Source of the DNA: Azolla caroliniana
Taxonomy: Eukaryota; Plantae; Polypodiophyta
Assembly (NCBI GenBank): GCA_043228905.1
Contig: JBHGNT010000063.1
Location: forward strand, 85,398 to 149,397
Direction: 5' to 3'
DNA length: 64,000 bases
The notes under the pieces were generated by a model that was given only the letters and a program-made list of their open reading frames with translations, had not been told where the DNA came from and searched no databases. Each line of letters begins with the position of its first letter. Within the stretch, counting starts at the first letter, position 1. The translations under genes were made by a program, and so were the position numbers. Shown piece after piece: positions 13,530 to 27,699 of the stretch.

Positions 13530-16500
13530 ATTACCAAATTTGAGGAGTGAGTTGAGAAGAGCCCTTGAGTAAATTAAAATGTTCATACCTGGCTCGTGTG
13601 ATATCGAAATTTTGTGTTCAAACATGCAAATCGAAGCTATCAACGCTAGCTATGATATGGAATTAAAAAATCAAGATTTTGAAACTGAGGTCGAGAGACA
13701 TGAGGAAATTATCAAATTTGAGGAGTGAGTTGAGAACAGCCCTTGAGTAAATTAAAATGTTCATACCTGGCTCGTGTAATATCGGATTTTTGTGTTCAAA
13801 CATGCGAATCGAAGCTAACACTTCTAGCTATGATATGGAATTAAAAAATCAAGATTTTGAAACTCAGGTCGAGAGACATGACGAAATTACCAAATTTGAG
13901 GAGTGAGTTGAGAAGAGCTAGTAGGTAAATTTAAATGTTCATACCTAGCTCGTGTGATATCGGATTTTTGTGTTCAAACATGCAAATCGAAGCTAACAAC
14001 GCTAGCTATGATATGGAATTAAAAATTCAAGAATTTGAACTCAGGTCGAGAGACATGACGAAAATAGCAAACTTGAGGAGGGAGTTGAGAGGAGGCCTTG
14101 AGTAAATTAAAATGTTCATACCTGGCTCGTGTGATATCGGATTTTTGTGTTCAAACATGCAAATCGAAGCTAACAACGCTAGCTATGATATGGAATTAAA
14201 AAATCAAGATTTTGAAACTCAGGTCGAGAGACATGACGAAATTACCAAATTTGAGGAGTGAGTTGAGAAAAGGTAGTAGGTAAATTTAAATGTTCATACT
14301 TGGCTCGTGTGATATCGGATTTTTGTGTTCACACATGCGAATCTAAGCTAACAACGCTAGCTATGATATGGAATTAAAAAATCAAGATTTTGAAACTCAA
14401 GTTGAGAGACATGACGAAATTACCAAATTTGAGGAGTGAGTTGAGAAGAGCCCTTGAGTAAATTAAAATGTTCATACCTGGCTCGTGTGATATCGGATTT
14501 TTGTGTTCAAACATGCATATCGAAGCTAACGACGCGAGCTATGATATAGAATTAAAACATCAACATTTTGAAACTTAGGTCGAGAGACATGACGAAAATA
14601 GCAAACTTGAGGAGGGAGTTGAGAGGAGCCCTTGAGTAAATTAAAATGTTCATACCTCGCTCATGTGATATAGGATTTTTGTGTTCAAACATGCGAATCG
14701 AAGCTAACAAGGCTAGCTATGATATGGAATTAAAAATCAAGATTTTGAAACTCAGGTCGATAGAGATGACGAAATTACCAAATTTGAGGAGGGAGTTGAG
14801 AAGAGCTCGTGAGTAAATTAAAATGTTCATACCTGGCCCATGTGATATGCGATTTTAGTGTTTAAACATGCCAATCGAAGCTAACAACAGTAGCTATGAT
14901 ATCGAATTAAAAAATCAAGATTTTGAAACTCAGGTCGAGAGACATGACGAAATTACCAAATTTGAGGAGGGAGTTGAGAAGAGCTCGTGAGTAAATTAAA
15001 ATGTTCATACCTGGCCCATGTGATATGCAATTTTAGTGTTCAAACATGCGAGTCGAAGCTAACAACAGTAGCAATGGTATGGAATTAAAGAATCAAGATA
15101 TGACGAAATTAGCAAACTTGAGGAGGGAGTTGAGAGGAGCCCTTGAGTAAATGAAAATGTTCATACGTGGCTCGTGTGATATCGGATTTTTGTGTTCAAA
15201 CATGCGAATGGAAGCTAACAACGCTAGCTATGATATGGAATTAAGAAAATCAAGATTTTGAAACTCAGGTTGAGAGACATGAAGAAATTTGCGAATTAGA
15301 AGAAGGAATTGAGAAGAGCCCTAGAGTAAATTAAAATTTTCATACGTGTCCCTTGTGATAGCGGGTTTTAGTGTTCAAACATGCGAATCGAAGCTAACAA
15401 GGCTAGCTATGATATGGAATTAAAAAATCAAGAATTTGAAACTCAGGTCGAGAGACATGACGAAAATAGCAAACCTGAGGACGGAGTTGAGACGAGCCCT
15501 TGAGTAAATTAAAATGTTCATACCTGGCTCGTGTGATATCGGAATTTTGTGTTCAAATATGCAAATCGAAGCTAACAACGCGAGCTATGATATGGAATTA
15601 AAAAATCAAGATTTTGAAACTCAGGTCGAGAGACATCACGAAATTACCAAATTTGAGGAGTGAGTTGAGAACAGCCCTTGAGTAAATTAAAATGTTCATA
15701 CCTGGCTCGTGTAATATCGGATTTTTGTGTTCAAACATGCGAATCGAAGCTAACGACGCGAGCTATGATATGGAATTAAAAAATCAAGAATTTGAAACTC
15801 AGGTCGAGAGACATGAAGAAATTACCAAATTTGAGGAGTGAGTTGAGAAGAGCCCTTGAGTAAATTAAAATGTTCATACCTGGCTCGTGTGATATCGAAA
15901 TTTTGTGTTCAAACATGCAAATCGAAGCTAACAACGCTAGCTATGATATGGAATTAAAAAATCAAGATTTTGAAACTGAGGTCGAGAGACATGAGGAAAT
16001 TATCAAATTTGAGGAGTGAGTTGAGAACAGCCCTTGAGTAAATTAAAATGTTCATACCTGGCTCGTGTAATATCGGATTTTTGTGTTCAAACATGCGAAT
16101 CGAAGCTAACACTTCTAGCTATGATATGGAATTAAAAAATCAAGATTTTGAAACTCAGGTCGAGAGACATGACGAAATTACCAAATTTGAGGAGTGAGTT
16201 GAGAAGAGCTAGTAGGTAAATTTAAATGTTCATACCTAGCTCGTGTGATATCGGATTTTTGTGTTCAAACATGCAAATCGAAGCTAACAACGCTAGCTAT
16301 GATATGGAATTAAAAATTCAAGAATTTGAACTCAGGTCGAGAGACATGACGAAAATAGCAAACTTGAGGAGGGAGTTGAGAGGAGGCCTTGAGTAAATTA
16401 AAATGTTCATACCTGGCTCGTGTGATATCGGATTTTTGTGTTCAAACATGCAAATCGAAGCTAACAACGCTAGCTATGATATGGAATTAAAAAATCAAGA

Positions 16501-19500
16501 TTTTGAAACTCAGGTCGAGAGACATGACGAAATTACCAAATTTGAGGAGTGAGTTGAGAAAAGGTAGTAGGTAAATTTAAATGTTCATACTTGGCTCGTG
16601 TGATATCGGATTTTTGTGTTCACACATGCGAATCTAAGCTAACAACGCTAGCTATGATATGGAATTAAAAAATCAAGATTTTGAAACTCAAGTCGAGAGA
16701 CATGACGAAATTACCAAATTTGAGGAGTGAGTTGAGAAGAGCCCTTGAGTAAATTAAAATGTTCATACCTGGCTCGTGTGATATCGGATTTTTGTGTTCA
16801 AACATGCATATCGAAGCTAACGACGCGAGCTATGATATAGAATTAAAACATCAACATTTTGAAACTTAGGTCGAGAGACATGACGAAAATAGCAAACTTG
16901 AGGAGGGAGTTGAGAGGAGCCCTTGAGTAAATTAAAATGTTCATACCTCGCTCATGTGATATAGGATTTTTGTGTTCAAACATGCGAATCGAAGCTAACA
17001 AGGCTAGCTATGATATGGAATTAAAAATCAAGATTTTGAAACTCAGGTCGATAGACATGACGAAATTACCAAATTTGAGGAGGGAGTTGAGAAGAGCTCG
17101 TGAGTAAATTAAAATGTTCATACCTGGCCCATGTGATATGCGATTTTAGTGTTTAAACATGCCAATCGAAGCTAACAACAGTAGCTATGATATCGAATTA
17201 AAAAATCAAGATTTTGAAACTCAGGTCGAGAGACATGACGAAATTACCAAATTTGAGGAGGGAGTTGAGAAGAGCTCGTGAGTAAATTAAAATGTTCATA
17301 CCTGGCCCATGTGATATGCAATTTTAGTGTTCAAACATGCGAGTCGAAGCTAACAACAGTAGCAATGGTATGGAATTAAAGAATCAAGATATGACGAAAT
17401 TAGCAAACTTGAGGAGGGAGTTGAGAGGAGCCCTTGAGTAAATGAAAATGTTCATACGTGGCTCGTGTGATATCGGATTTTTGTGTTCAAACATGCGAAT
17501 GGAAGCTAACAACGCTAGCTATGATATGGAATTAAGAAAATCAAGATTTTGAAACTCAGGTTGAGAGACATGAAGAAATTTGCGAATTAGAAGAAGGAAT
17601 TGAGAAGAGCCCTAGAGTAAATTAAAATTTTCATACGTGTCCCTTGTGATAGCGGGTTTTAGTGTTCAAACATGCGAATCGAAGCTAACAAGGCTAGCTA
17701 TGATATGGAATTAAAAAATCAAGAATTTGAAACTCAGGTCGAGAGACATGACGAAAATAGCAAACCTGAGGACGGAGTTGAGACGAGCCCTTGAGTAAAT
17801 TAAAATGTTCATACCTGGCTCGTGTGATATCGGAATTTTGTGTTCAAATATGCAAATCGAAGCTAACAACGCGAGCTATGATATGGAATTAAAAAATCAA
17901 GATTTTGAAACTCAGGTCGAGAGACATCACGAAATTACCAAATTTGAGGAGTGAGTTGAGAACAGCCCTTGAGTAAATTAAAATGTTCATACCTGGCTCG
18001 TGTAATATCGGATTTTTGTGTTCAAACATGCGAATCGAAGCTAACGACGCGAGCTATGATATGGAATTAAAAAATCAAGAATTTGAAACTCAGGTCGAGA
18101 GACATGAAGAAATTACCAAATTTGAGGAGTGAGTTGAGAAGAGCCCTTGAGTAAATTAAAATGTTCATACCTGGCTCGTGTGATATCGAAATTTTGTGTT
18201 CAAACATGCAAATCGAAGCTAACAACGCTAGCTATGATATGGAATTAAAAAATCAAGATTTTGAAACTGAGGTCGAGAGACATGAGGAAATTATCAAATT
18301 TGAGGAGTGAGTTGAGAACAGCCCTTGAGTAAATTAAAATGTTCATACCTGGCTCGTGTAATATCGGATTTTTGTGTTCAAACATGCGAATCGAAGCTAA
18401 CACTTCTAGCTATGATATGGAATTAAAAAATCAAGATTTTGAAACTCAGGTCGAGAGACATGACGAAATTACCAAATTTGAGGAGTGAGTTGAGAAGAGC
18501 TAGTAGGTAAATTTAAATGTTCATACCTAGCTCGTGTGATATCGGATTTTTGTGTTCAAACATGCAAATCGAAGCTAACAACGCTAGCTATGATATGGAA
18601 TTAAAAATTCAAGAATTTGAACTCAGGTCGAGAGACATGACGAAAATAGCAAACTTGAGGAGGGAGTTGAGAGGAGGCCTTGAGTAAATTAAAATGTTCA
18701 TACCTGGCTCGTGTGATATCGGATTTTTGTGTTCAAACATGCAAATCGAAGCTAACAACGCTAGCTATGATATGGAATTAAAAAATCAAGATTTTGAAAC
18801 TCAGGTCGAGAGACATGACGAAATTACCAAATTTGAGGAGTGAGTTGAGAAAAGGTAGTAGGTAAATTTAAATGTTCATACTTGGCTCGTGTGATATCGG
18901 ATTTTTGTGTTCACACATGCGAATCTAAGCTAACAACGCTAGCTATGATATGGAATTAAAAAATCAAGATTTTGAAACTCAAGTCGAGAGACATGACGAA
19001 ATTACCAAATTTGAGGAGTGAGTTGAGAAGAGCCCTTGAGTAAATTAAAATGTTCATACCTGGCTCGTGTGATATCGGATTTTTGTGTTCAAACATGCAT
19101 ATCGAAGCTAACGACGCGAGCTATGATATAGAATTAAAACATCAACATTTTGAAACTTAGGTCGAGAGACATGACGAAAATAGCAAACTTGAGGAGGGAG
19201 TTGAGAGGAGCCCTTGAGTAAATTAAAATGTTCATACCTCGCTCATGTGATATAGGATTTTTGTGTTCAAACATGCGAATCGAAGCTAACAAGGCTAGCT
19301 ATGATATGGAATTAAAAATCAAGATTTTGAAACTCAGGTCGATAGACATGACGAAATTACCAAATTTGAGGAGGGAGTTGAGAAGAGCTCGTGAGTAAAT
19401 TAAAATGTTCATACCTGGCCCATGTGATATGCGATTTTAGTGTTTAAACATGCCAATCGAAGCTAACAACAGTAGCTATGATATCGAATTAAAAAATCAA

Positions 19501-20470
19501 GATTTTGAAACTCAGGTCGAGAGACATGACGAAATTACCAAATTTGAGGAGGGAGTTGAGAAGAGCTCGTGAGTAAATTAAAATGTTCATACCTGGCCCA
19601 TGTGATATGCAATTTTAGTGTTCAAACATGCGAGTCGAAGCTAACAACAGTAGCAATGGTATGGAATTAAAGAATCAAGATATGACGAAATTAGCAAACT
19701 TGAGGAGGGAGTTGAGAGGAGCCCTTGAGTAAATGAAAATGTTCATACGTGGCTCGTGTGATATCGGATTTTTGTGTTCAAACATGCGAATGGAAGCTAA
19801 CAACGCTAGCTATGATATGGAATTAAGAAAATCAAGATTTTGAAACTCAGGTTGAGAGACATGAAGAAATTTGCGAATTAGAAGAAGGAATTGAGAAGAG
19901 CCCTAGAGTAAATTAAAATTTTCATACGTGTCCCTTGTGATAGCGGGTTTTAGTGTTCAAACATGCGAATCGAAGCTAACAAGGCTAGCTATGATATGGA
20001 ATTAAAAAATCAAGAATTTGAAACTCAGGTCGAGAGACATGACGAAAATAGCAAACCTGAGGACGGAGTTGAGACGAGCCCTTGAGTAAATTAAAATGTT
20101 CATACCTGGCTCGTGTGATATCGGAATTTTGTGTTCAAATATGCAAATCGAAGCTAACAACGCGAGCTATGATATGGAATTAAAAAATCAAGATTTTGAA
20201 ACTCAGGTCGAGAGACATCACGAAATTACCAAATTTGAGGAGTGAGTTGAGAACAGCCCTTGAGTAAATTAAAATGTTCATACCTGGCTCGTGTAATATC
20301 GGATTTTTGTGTTCAAACATGCGAATCGAAGCTAACAACGCGAGCTATGATATGGAATTAAAAAATCAAGAATTTGAAACTCAGGTCGAGAGACATGAAG
20401 AAATTACCAAATTTGAGGAGTGAGTTGAGAAGAGCCCTTGAGTAAATTAAAATGTTCATACCTGGCTCGT
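13530..20470. repeat. 13-mer HOR, three near-identical copies, period 2291 bp, containing divergent cassette A
   Basis: ATATCGAAATTTT at 13601, 15892 and 18183; GCAATGGTAT at 15071, 17362 and 19653. 2291 = 13x178 - 22 (deletion) - 1 - 1 + 1 (single-base indels), all visible in the sequence. Confidence 0.92.
14555..15500. repeat. Divergent monomer cassette A (~5.5 monomers, includes a 156-bp monomer); first of ~10 copies
   Basis: Diagnostic CATCAACATTTT, CCTCGCTCATGTGATATAGG, GAGCTCGTGAG, CCCATGTGATATGC(G/A)ATTTTAGTG, AAAGAATCAAGATATGACG and GAAGAAATTTGCGAATTAGAAGAAGGAATTG...CATACGTGTCCCTTGTGATAGCGGG. Other copies near 16846, 19137, 20538, 21945, 40787, 42190 (partial), 43066 (internally deleted), 44081 and 45485. 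Confidence 0.92.
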
Positions 20471-22950
20471 GTGATATCGGATTTTTGTGTTCAAACATGC
20501 AAATCGAAGCTAACAAGGCTAGCTATGATATGGAATTAACACATCAACATTTTGAAACTTAGGTCGAGAGACATGACGAAAATAGCAAACTTGAGGAGGG
20601 AGTTGAGAGGAGCCCTTGAGTAAATTAAAATGTTCATACCTCGCTCATGTGATATAGGATTTTTGTGTTCAAACATGCGAATCGAAGCTAACAAGGCTAG
20701 CTATGATATGGAATTAAAAATCAAGATTTTGAAACTCAGGTCGATAGACATGACGAAATTACCAAATTTGAGGAGGGAGTTGAGAAGAGCTCGTGAGTAA
20801 ATTAAAATGTTCATACCTGGCCCATGTGATATGCGATTTTAGTGTTTAAACATGCCAATCGAAGCTAACAACAGTAGCTATGATATCGAATTAAAAAATC
20901 AAGATTTTGAAACTCAGGTCGAGAGACATGACGAAATTACCAAATTTGAGGAGGGAGTTGAGAAGAGCTCGTGAGTAAATTAAAATGTTCATACCTGGCC
21001 CATGTGATATGCAATTTTAGTGTTCAAACATGCGAGTCGAAGCTAACAACAGTAGCAATGGTATGGAATTAAAGAATCAAGATATGACGAAATTAGCAAA
21101 CTTGAGGAGGGAGTTGAGAGGAGCCCTTGAGTAAATGAAAATGTTCATACGTGGCTCGTGTGATATCGGATTTTTGTGTTCAAACATGCGAATGGAAGCT
21201 AACAACGCTAGCTATGATATGGAATTAAGAAAATCAAGATTTTGAAACTCAGGTTGAGAGACATGAAGAAATTCGCGAATTAGAGGAAGGAATTGAGAAG
21301 AGCCCGAGAGTAAATTAAAAGTTTCATACGTGTCCCTTGTGATAGCGGGTTTTAGTGTTCAAACATGCGAATCGAAGCTAACAAGGCTAGCTATGATATG
21401 GAATTAAAAAATCAAGAATTTGAAACTCAGGTCGAGAGACATGACGAAAATAGCAAACCTGAGGACGGAGTTGAGAGGAGCCCTTGAGTAAATTAAAATG
21501 TTCATACCTGGCTCGTGTGATATCGGATTTTTGTGTTCAAACATGCGAATCGAAGCTAACGACGCTAGCTATGATATGGAATTAAAAAATCAAGAATTTG
21601 AAACTCAGGTCGAGAGACATGACGAAATTACCAAATTTGAGGAGTGAGTTGAGAAGAGCCCTTGAGTAAATTAAAATGTTCATACCTGGCGCGTGTGATA
21701 TCGGATTTTTGTGTTCAAACATGCAAATCGAAGCTAACAACGCTAGTTATGATAGGGAATTAAAAAATCAAGATTTTGAAACTCAGGTCTAGAGACATGA
21801 CGAAAATAGCAAACTTGAGGACGGAGTTGAGAGGAGCGCGTGAGTAAATTAAAATGTTCATAATTTTCTTGTGTGATATCGGATTTTTGTGTTCAAACAT
21901 GCGAATCGAAGCTAACAAGGCTAGCTATGATGTGGAATTAAAAAATCAACATTTTGAAACTTAGGTCGAGAGACATGACGAAAATAGCAAACTTGAGGAG
22001 GGAGTTGAGAGGAGCCCTTGAGTAAATTAAAATGTTCATACCTCGCTCATGTGATATAGGATTTTTGTGTTCAAACATGCGAATCGAAGCTAACAAGGCT
22101 AGCTATGATATGGAATTAAAAATCAAGATTTTGAAACTCAGGTCGATAGACATGACGAAATTACCAAATTTGAGGAGGGAGTTGAGAAGAGCTCGTGAGT
22201 AAATTAAAATGTTCATACCTGGCCCATGTGATATGCGATTTTAGTGTTCAAACATGCCAATCGAAGCTAACAACAGTAGCTATGATATCGAATTAAGAAA
22301 TCAAGATTTTGAAACTCAGGTCGAGAGACATGACGAAATTACCAAATTTGAGGAGGGAGTTGAGAAGAGCTCGTGAGTAAATTAAAATGTTCATACCTGG
22401 CCCATGTGATATGCAATTTTAGTGTTCAAACATGCGAATCGAAGCTAACAACAGTAGCAATGGTATGGAATTAAAGAATCAAGATATGACGAAATTAGCA
22501 AACTTGAGGAGGGAGTTGAGAGGAGCCCTTGAGTAAATGAAAATGTTCATACGTGGCTCGTGTGATATCGGATTTTTGTGTTCAAACATGCGAATGGAAG
22601 CTAACAAGGCTAGCTATGATATGGAATTAAGAAAATCAAGATTTTGAAACTCAGGTGGAGAGACATGAAGAAATTCGCGAATTAGAAGAAGGAATTGAGA
22701 AGAGCCCGAGAGTAAATTAAAATTTTCATACGTGTCCCTTGTGATATCGGGTTTTAGTGTTCAAACATGCGAATCGAAGCTAACAAGGCTAGCTATGATA
22801 TGGAATTAAAAAATCAAGAATTTGAAACTCAGGTCGAGAGACATGACGAAAATAGCAAACCTGAGGACGGAGTTGAGAGGAGCCCTTGAGTAAATTAAAA
22901 TGTTCATACCTGGCTCGTGTGATATCGGATTTTTGTGTTCAAACATGTGA
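19140..22950. repeat. 8-mer spacing of cassette A (period 1402 bp = 8x178-22)
   Basis: GCAATGGTAT at 19653, 21055 and 22457. The monomers between cassettes differ between units. Confidence 0.85.
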
Positions 22951-25900
22951 ATCGAAGCTAACGACGCTAGCTATGATATAGAATTAAAAAATGAAGAATT
23001 TGAAACTCAGGTCGAGAGACATGACGAAATTACCACATTTGAGGAGTGAGTTGAGAAGAGCCCTTGAGTAAATTAAAATGTTCATACCTGGCTCGTGTGA
23101 TATCGGATTTTTGTGTTCAAACATGTGAATCGAAGCTAACGACGCTAGCTATGATATAGAATTAAAAAATGAAGAATTTGAAACTCAGGTCGAGAGACAT
23201 GACGAAATTACCACATTTGAGGAGTGAGTTGAGAAGAGCCCTTGAGTAAATTAAAATGTTCATACCTGGCTCGTGTGATAGCGGGTTTTTGTGTTCAAAC
23301 ATGCAAATCGAAGCTAACAACGCTAGCTATGATATGGAATTAAAAAATCAAGATTTTGAAACTCAGGTCGAGCGACATGACGAAAATAGCAAACTTGAGG
23401 AGGGAGTTGAGAGGAGCCCTTGAGTAAATTAAAATGTTCATACCTGGCTCGTGTGATATCGGATTTTTGTGTTCAAACATGCAAATCGAAGCTAACAACG
23501 CTAGCTATGATATGGAATTAAAAAATCAAGATTTTGAAACTCAGGTCGAGAGACATGATGAAATTACCAAATTTGAGGAGTGAGTTGAGAAGAGCTAGTA
23601 GGTAAATTTAAATGTTCATACTTGGCTCGTGTGATATCGGATTTTTGTGTTCAAACATGCGAATCGAAGCTAACAACGCTAGCTATGATATGGAATTAAA
23701 AAATCAAGATTTTGAAACTCAAGTCGAGAGACATGACGAAATTACCAAATTTGAGGAGTGAGTTGAGAAGAGCCCTTGAGTAAATTAAAATGTTCATACC
23801 TGGCTTGTGTGATATCGGAATTTTGTGTTCAAACATGCAAATCGAAGCTAACAACGCGAGCTACGATATGGAATTAAAAAATCAAGATTTTGAAACTCAG
23901 GTCGAGAGACATCACGAAATTACCAAATTTGAGGAGGGAGTTGAGAGGAGCCCTTGAGTAAATTAAAATGTTCATACCTGGCTCGTGTGATATCGGATTT
24001 TTGTGTTCAAACATGCAAATCGAAGCTAACAACGCTAGCTATGATATGGAATTAAAAAATCAAGATTTTGAAACTCAGGTCGAGAGACATGACGAAATTA
24101 CCAAATTTGAGGAGTGAGTTGAGAAGAGCTAGTAAGTAAATTTAAATGTTCATACTTGGCTCGTGTGATATTGGATTTTTGTGTTCAAACATGCGAATCG
24201 AAGCTAACAACGATAGCTATGATATGGAATTAAAAAATCAAGATTTTGAAACTCAAGTCGAGAGACATGACAAAATTACCAAGTTTGAGGAGTGAGTTGA
24301 GAAGAGCCCTTGAGTAAATTAAAATGTTCATACCTGGCTCGTGTGATATCGGAATTTTGTGTTCAAACATGCAAATCGAAGCTAACAACGCTAGGTATGA
24401 TATGGAATTAAAAAATCAAGATTTTGAAACTCAAGTCGAGAGACATGACGAAATTACCAAATTTGAGGAGTGAGTTGAGAAGAGCCCTTGAGTAAATTAA
24501 AATGTTCATACCTGGCTCGTGTGATATCGGATTTTTGTGTTCAAACATGCAAATCGAAGCTAACAACGCTAGCGATGATATGGAATTAAAAAATCAAGAT
24601 TTTGAAACTCAGGTCGAGAGACGTGACGAAATTACCAAATTTGAGGAGTGAGTTGAGAACAGCCCTTGAGTAAATTAAAATGTTCATACATGGGTCGTGT
24701 AATATCGGATTTTTGTGTTCAAACATGCGAATCGAAGCTAACACTTCTAGCTATGATATGGAATTAAAAAACCAAGATTTTGAAACTCAGGTCGAGAGAC
24801 ATGACGAAATTACCAAATCTGAGGAGTAAGTTCAGAACAGCCCATGAGTAAATTAAAATGTTCATACCTGGCTCGTGTGATATCGGATTTTTGTGTTCAA
24901 ACATGCAAATCGAAGCTAACAACGCTAGCTATGATATGGAATTAAAAAATCAAGATTTTGAAACTCAGGTCGAGAGACATGACGAAATTACCAAATTTGA
25001 GGAGTGAGTTGAGAAGAGCTAGTAAGTAAATTTAAATGTTCATACTTGGCTCGTGTGATATTGGATTTTTGTGTTCAAACATGCGAATCGAAGCTAACAA
25101 CGATAGCTATGATATGGAATTAAAAAATCAAGATTTTGAAACTCAGGTCGAGAGACATGACGAAAATAGCAAACCTGAGGACGGAGTTGAGAGGAGCCCT
25201 TGAGTAAATTAAAATGTTCATACCTGGCTCGTGTGATATCGGATTTTTGTGTTCAAACATGTGAATCGAAGCTAACGACGCTAGCTATGATATAGAATTA
25301 AAAAATGAAGAATTTGAAACTCAGGTCGAGAGACATGACGAAATTACCACATTTGAGGAGTGAGTTGAGAAGAGCCCTTGAGTAAATTAAAATGTTCATA
25401 CCTGGCTCGTGTGATATCGGATTTTTGTGTTCAAACATGTGAATCGAAGCTAACGACGCTAGCTATGATATAGAATTAAAAAATGAAGAATTTGAAACTC
25501 AGGTCGAGAGACATGACGAAATTACCACATTTGAGGAGTGAGTTGAGAAGAGCCCTTGAGTAAATTAAAATGTTCATACCTGGCTCGTGTGATAGCGGGT
25601 TTTTGTGTTCAAACATGCAAATCGAAGCTAACAACGCTAGCTATGATATGGAATTAAAAAATCAAGATTTTGAAACTCAGGTCGAGCGACATGACGAAAA
25701 TAGCAAACTTGAGGAGGGAGTTGAGAGGAGCCCTTGAGTAAATTAAAATGTTCATACCTGGCTCGTGTGATATCGGATTTTTGTGTTCAAACATGCAAAT
25801 CGAAGCTAACAACGCTAGCTATGATATGGAATTAAAAAATCAAGATTTTGAAACTCAGGTCGAGAGACATGATGAAATTACCAAATTTGAGGAGTGAGTT

Positions 25901-26700
25901 GAGAAGAGCTAGTAGGTAAATTTAAATGTTCATACTTGGCTCGTGTGATATCGGATTTTTGTGTTCAAACATGCGAATCGAAGCTAACAACGCTAGCTAT
26001 GATATGGAATTAAAAAATCAAGATTTTGAAACTCAAGTCGAGAGACATGACGAAATTACCAAATTTGAGGAGTGAGTTGAGAAGAGCCCTTGAGTAAATT
26101 AAAATGTTCATACCTGGCTTGTGTGATATCGGAATTTTGTGTTCAAACATGCAAATCGAAGCTAACAACGCGAGCTACGATATGGAATTAAAAAATCAAG
26201 ATTTTGAAACTCAGGTCGAGAGACATCACGAAATTACCAAATTTGAGGAGGGAGTTGAGAGGAGCCCTTGAGTAAATTAAAATGTTCATACCTGGCTCGT
26301 GTGATATCGGATTTTTGTGTTCAAACATGCAAATCGAAGCTAACAACGCTAGCTATGATATGGAATTAAAAAATCAAGATTTTGAAACTCAGGTCGAGAG
26401 ACATGACGAAATTACCAAATTTGAGGAGTGAGTTGAGAAGAGCTAGTAAGTAAATTTAAATGTTCATACTTGGCTCGTGTGATATTGGATTTTTGTGTTC
26501 AAACATGCGAATCGAAGCTAACAACGATAGCTATGATATGGAATTAAAAAATCAAGATTTTGAAACTCAAGTCGAGAGACATGACAAAATTACCAAGTTT
26601 GAGGAGTGAGTTGAGAAGAGCCCTTGAGTAAATTAAAATGTTCATACCTGGCTCGTGTGATATCGGAATTTTGTGTTCAAACATGCAAATCGAAGCTAAC
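22830..26700. repeat. Duplication at 13-monomer offset (2314 bp): ~22830-24390 = ~25145-26700
   Basis: GTCGAGCGAC at 23367 and 25681. The paired CATGTGAATC/AAATGAAGAA/CCACATTT monomers, GATAGCGGG, CATGATGAAA, GGCTTGTG and AGTAAGTA are shared in order. Confidence 0.88.
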
Positions 26701-27699
26701 AACGCGAGCTATGACATGGAATTAAAAAATCAAGATTTTGAAACTCAGGTCGAGAGACATGACGAAATTACCAAATTTGAGGAGTGAGTTGAGAACAGCC
26801 GTTGAGTAAATTAAAATGTTCATACCTGGCTCGTGTAATATCGGATTTTTGTGTTCAAACATGCGAATCGAAGCTAACGACGCGAGCTATGATATGGAAT
26901 TAAAAAATCAAGAATTTGAAACTCAGGTCGAGAGACATGACGAAATTACCAAATTTGAGGAGTGAGTTGAGAACAGCCCTTGAGTAAATTAAAATGTTCA
27001 TACCTGGCTCGTGTGATATCGGACATTTGTGTTCAAACATGCAAATCGAAGCTAACAACGCTAGCTATGATATGGAATTAAAAAATCAAGATTTTGAAAC
27101 TCAAGTCCAGAGACATGACGAAAATAGCAAACTTGAGGAGGGAGTTGAGAGGAGCCCTTGAGTTAATTAAAATGTTCATACCTGGCTCGTGTGATATCGG
27201 AATTTTGTGTTCAAACATGCAAATCGAAGCTAACAACGCTAGCTATGATATGGAATTAAAAAATCAAGATTTTGAAACTCAGGTCGAGAGACATGACGAA
27301 ATTACCAAATTTGAGGAGTGAGTTGAGAACAGCCCTTGAGTAAATTAAAATGTTCATACCTGGCTCATGTAATATCGGATTTTTGTGTTCAAACATGCGA
27401 ATCGAAGCTAACACTTCTAGCTATGATATGGAATTAAAAAATCAAGATTTTGAAACTCAGGTCGAGAGACTTGACGAAATTACCAAATCTGAGGAGTGAG
27501 TTCAGAACAGCCCTTGAGTAAATTAAAATGTTCATACCTGGCTCGTGTGATATCGGATTTTTGTGTTCAAACATGCAAATCGAAGCTAACAACGCTAGCT
27601 ATGATATGGAATTAAAAAATCAAGAATTTGAAACTCAGGTCGAGAGACATGACGAAATTACCAAATCTGAGGAGTGAGTTCAGAACAGCCCTTGAGTAA

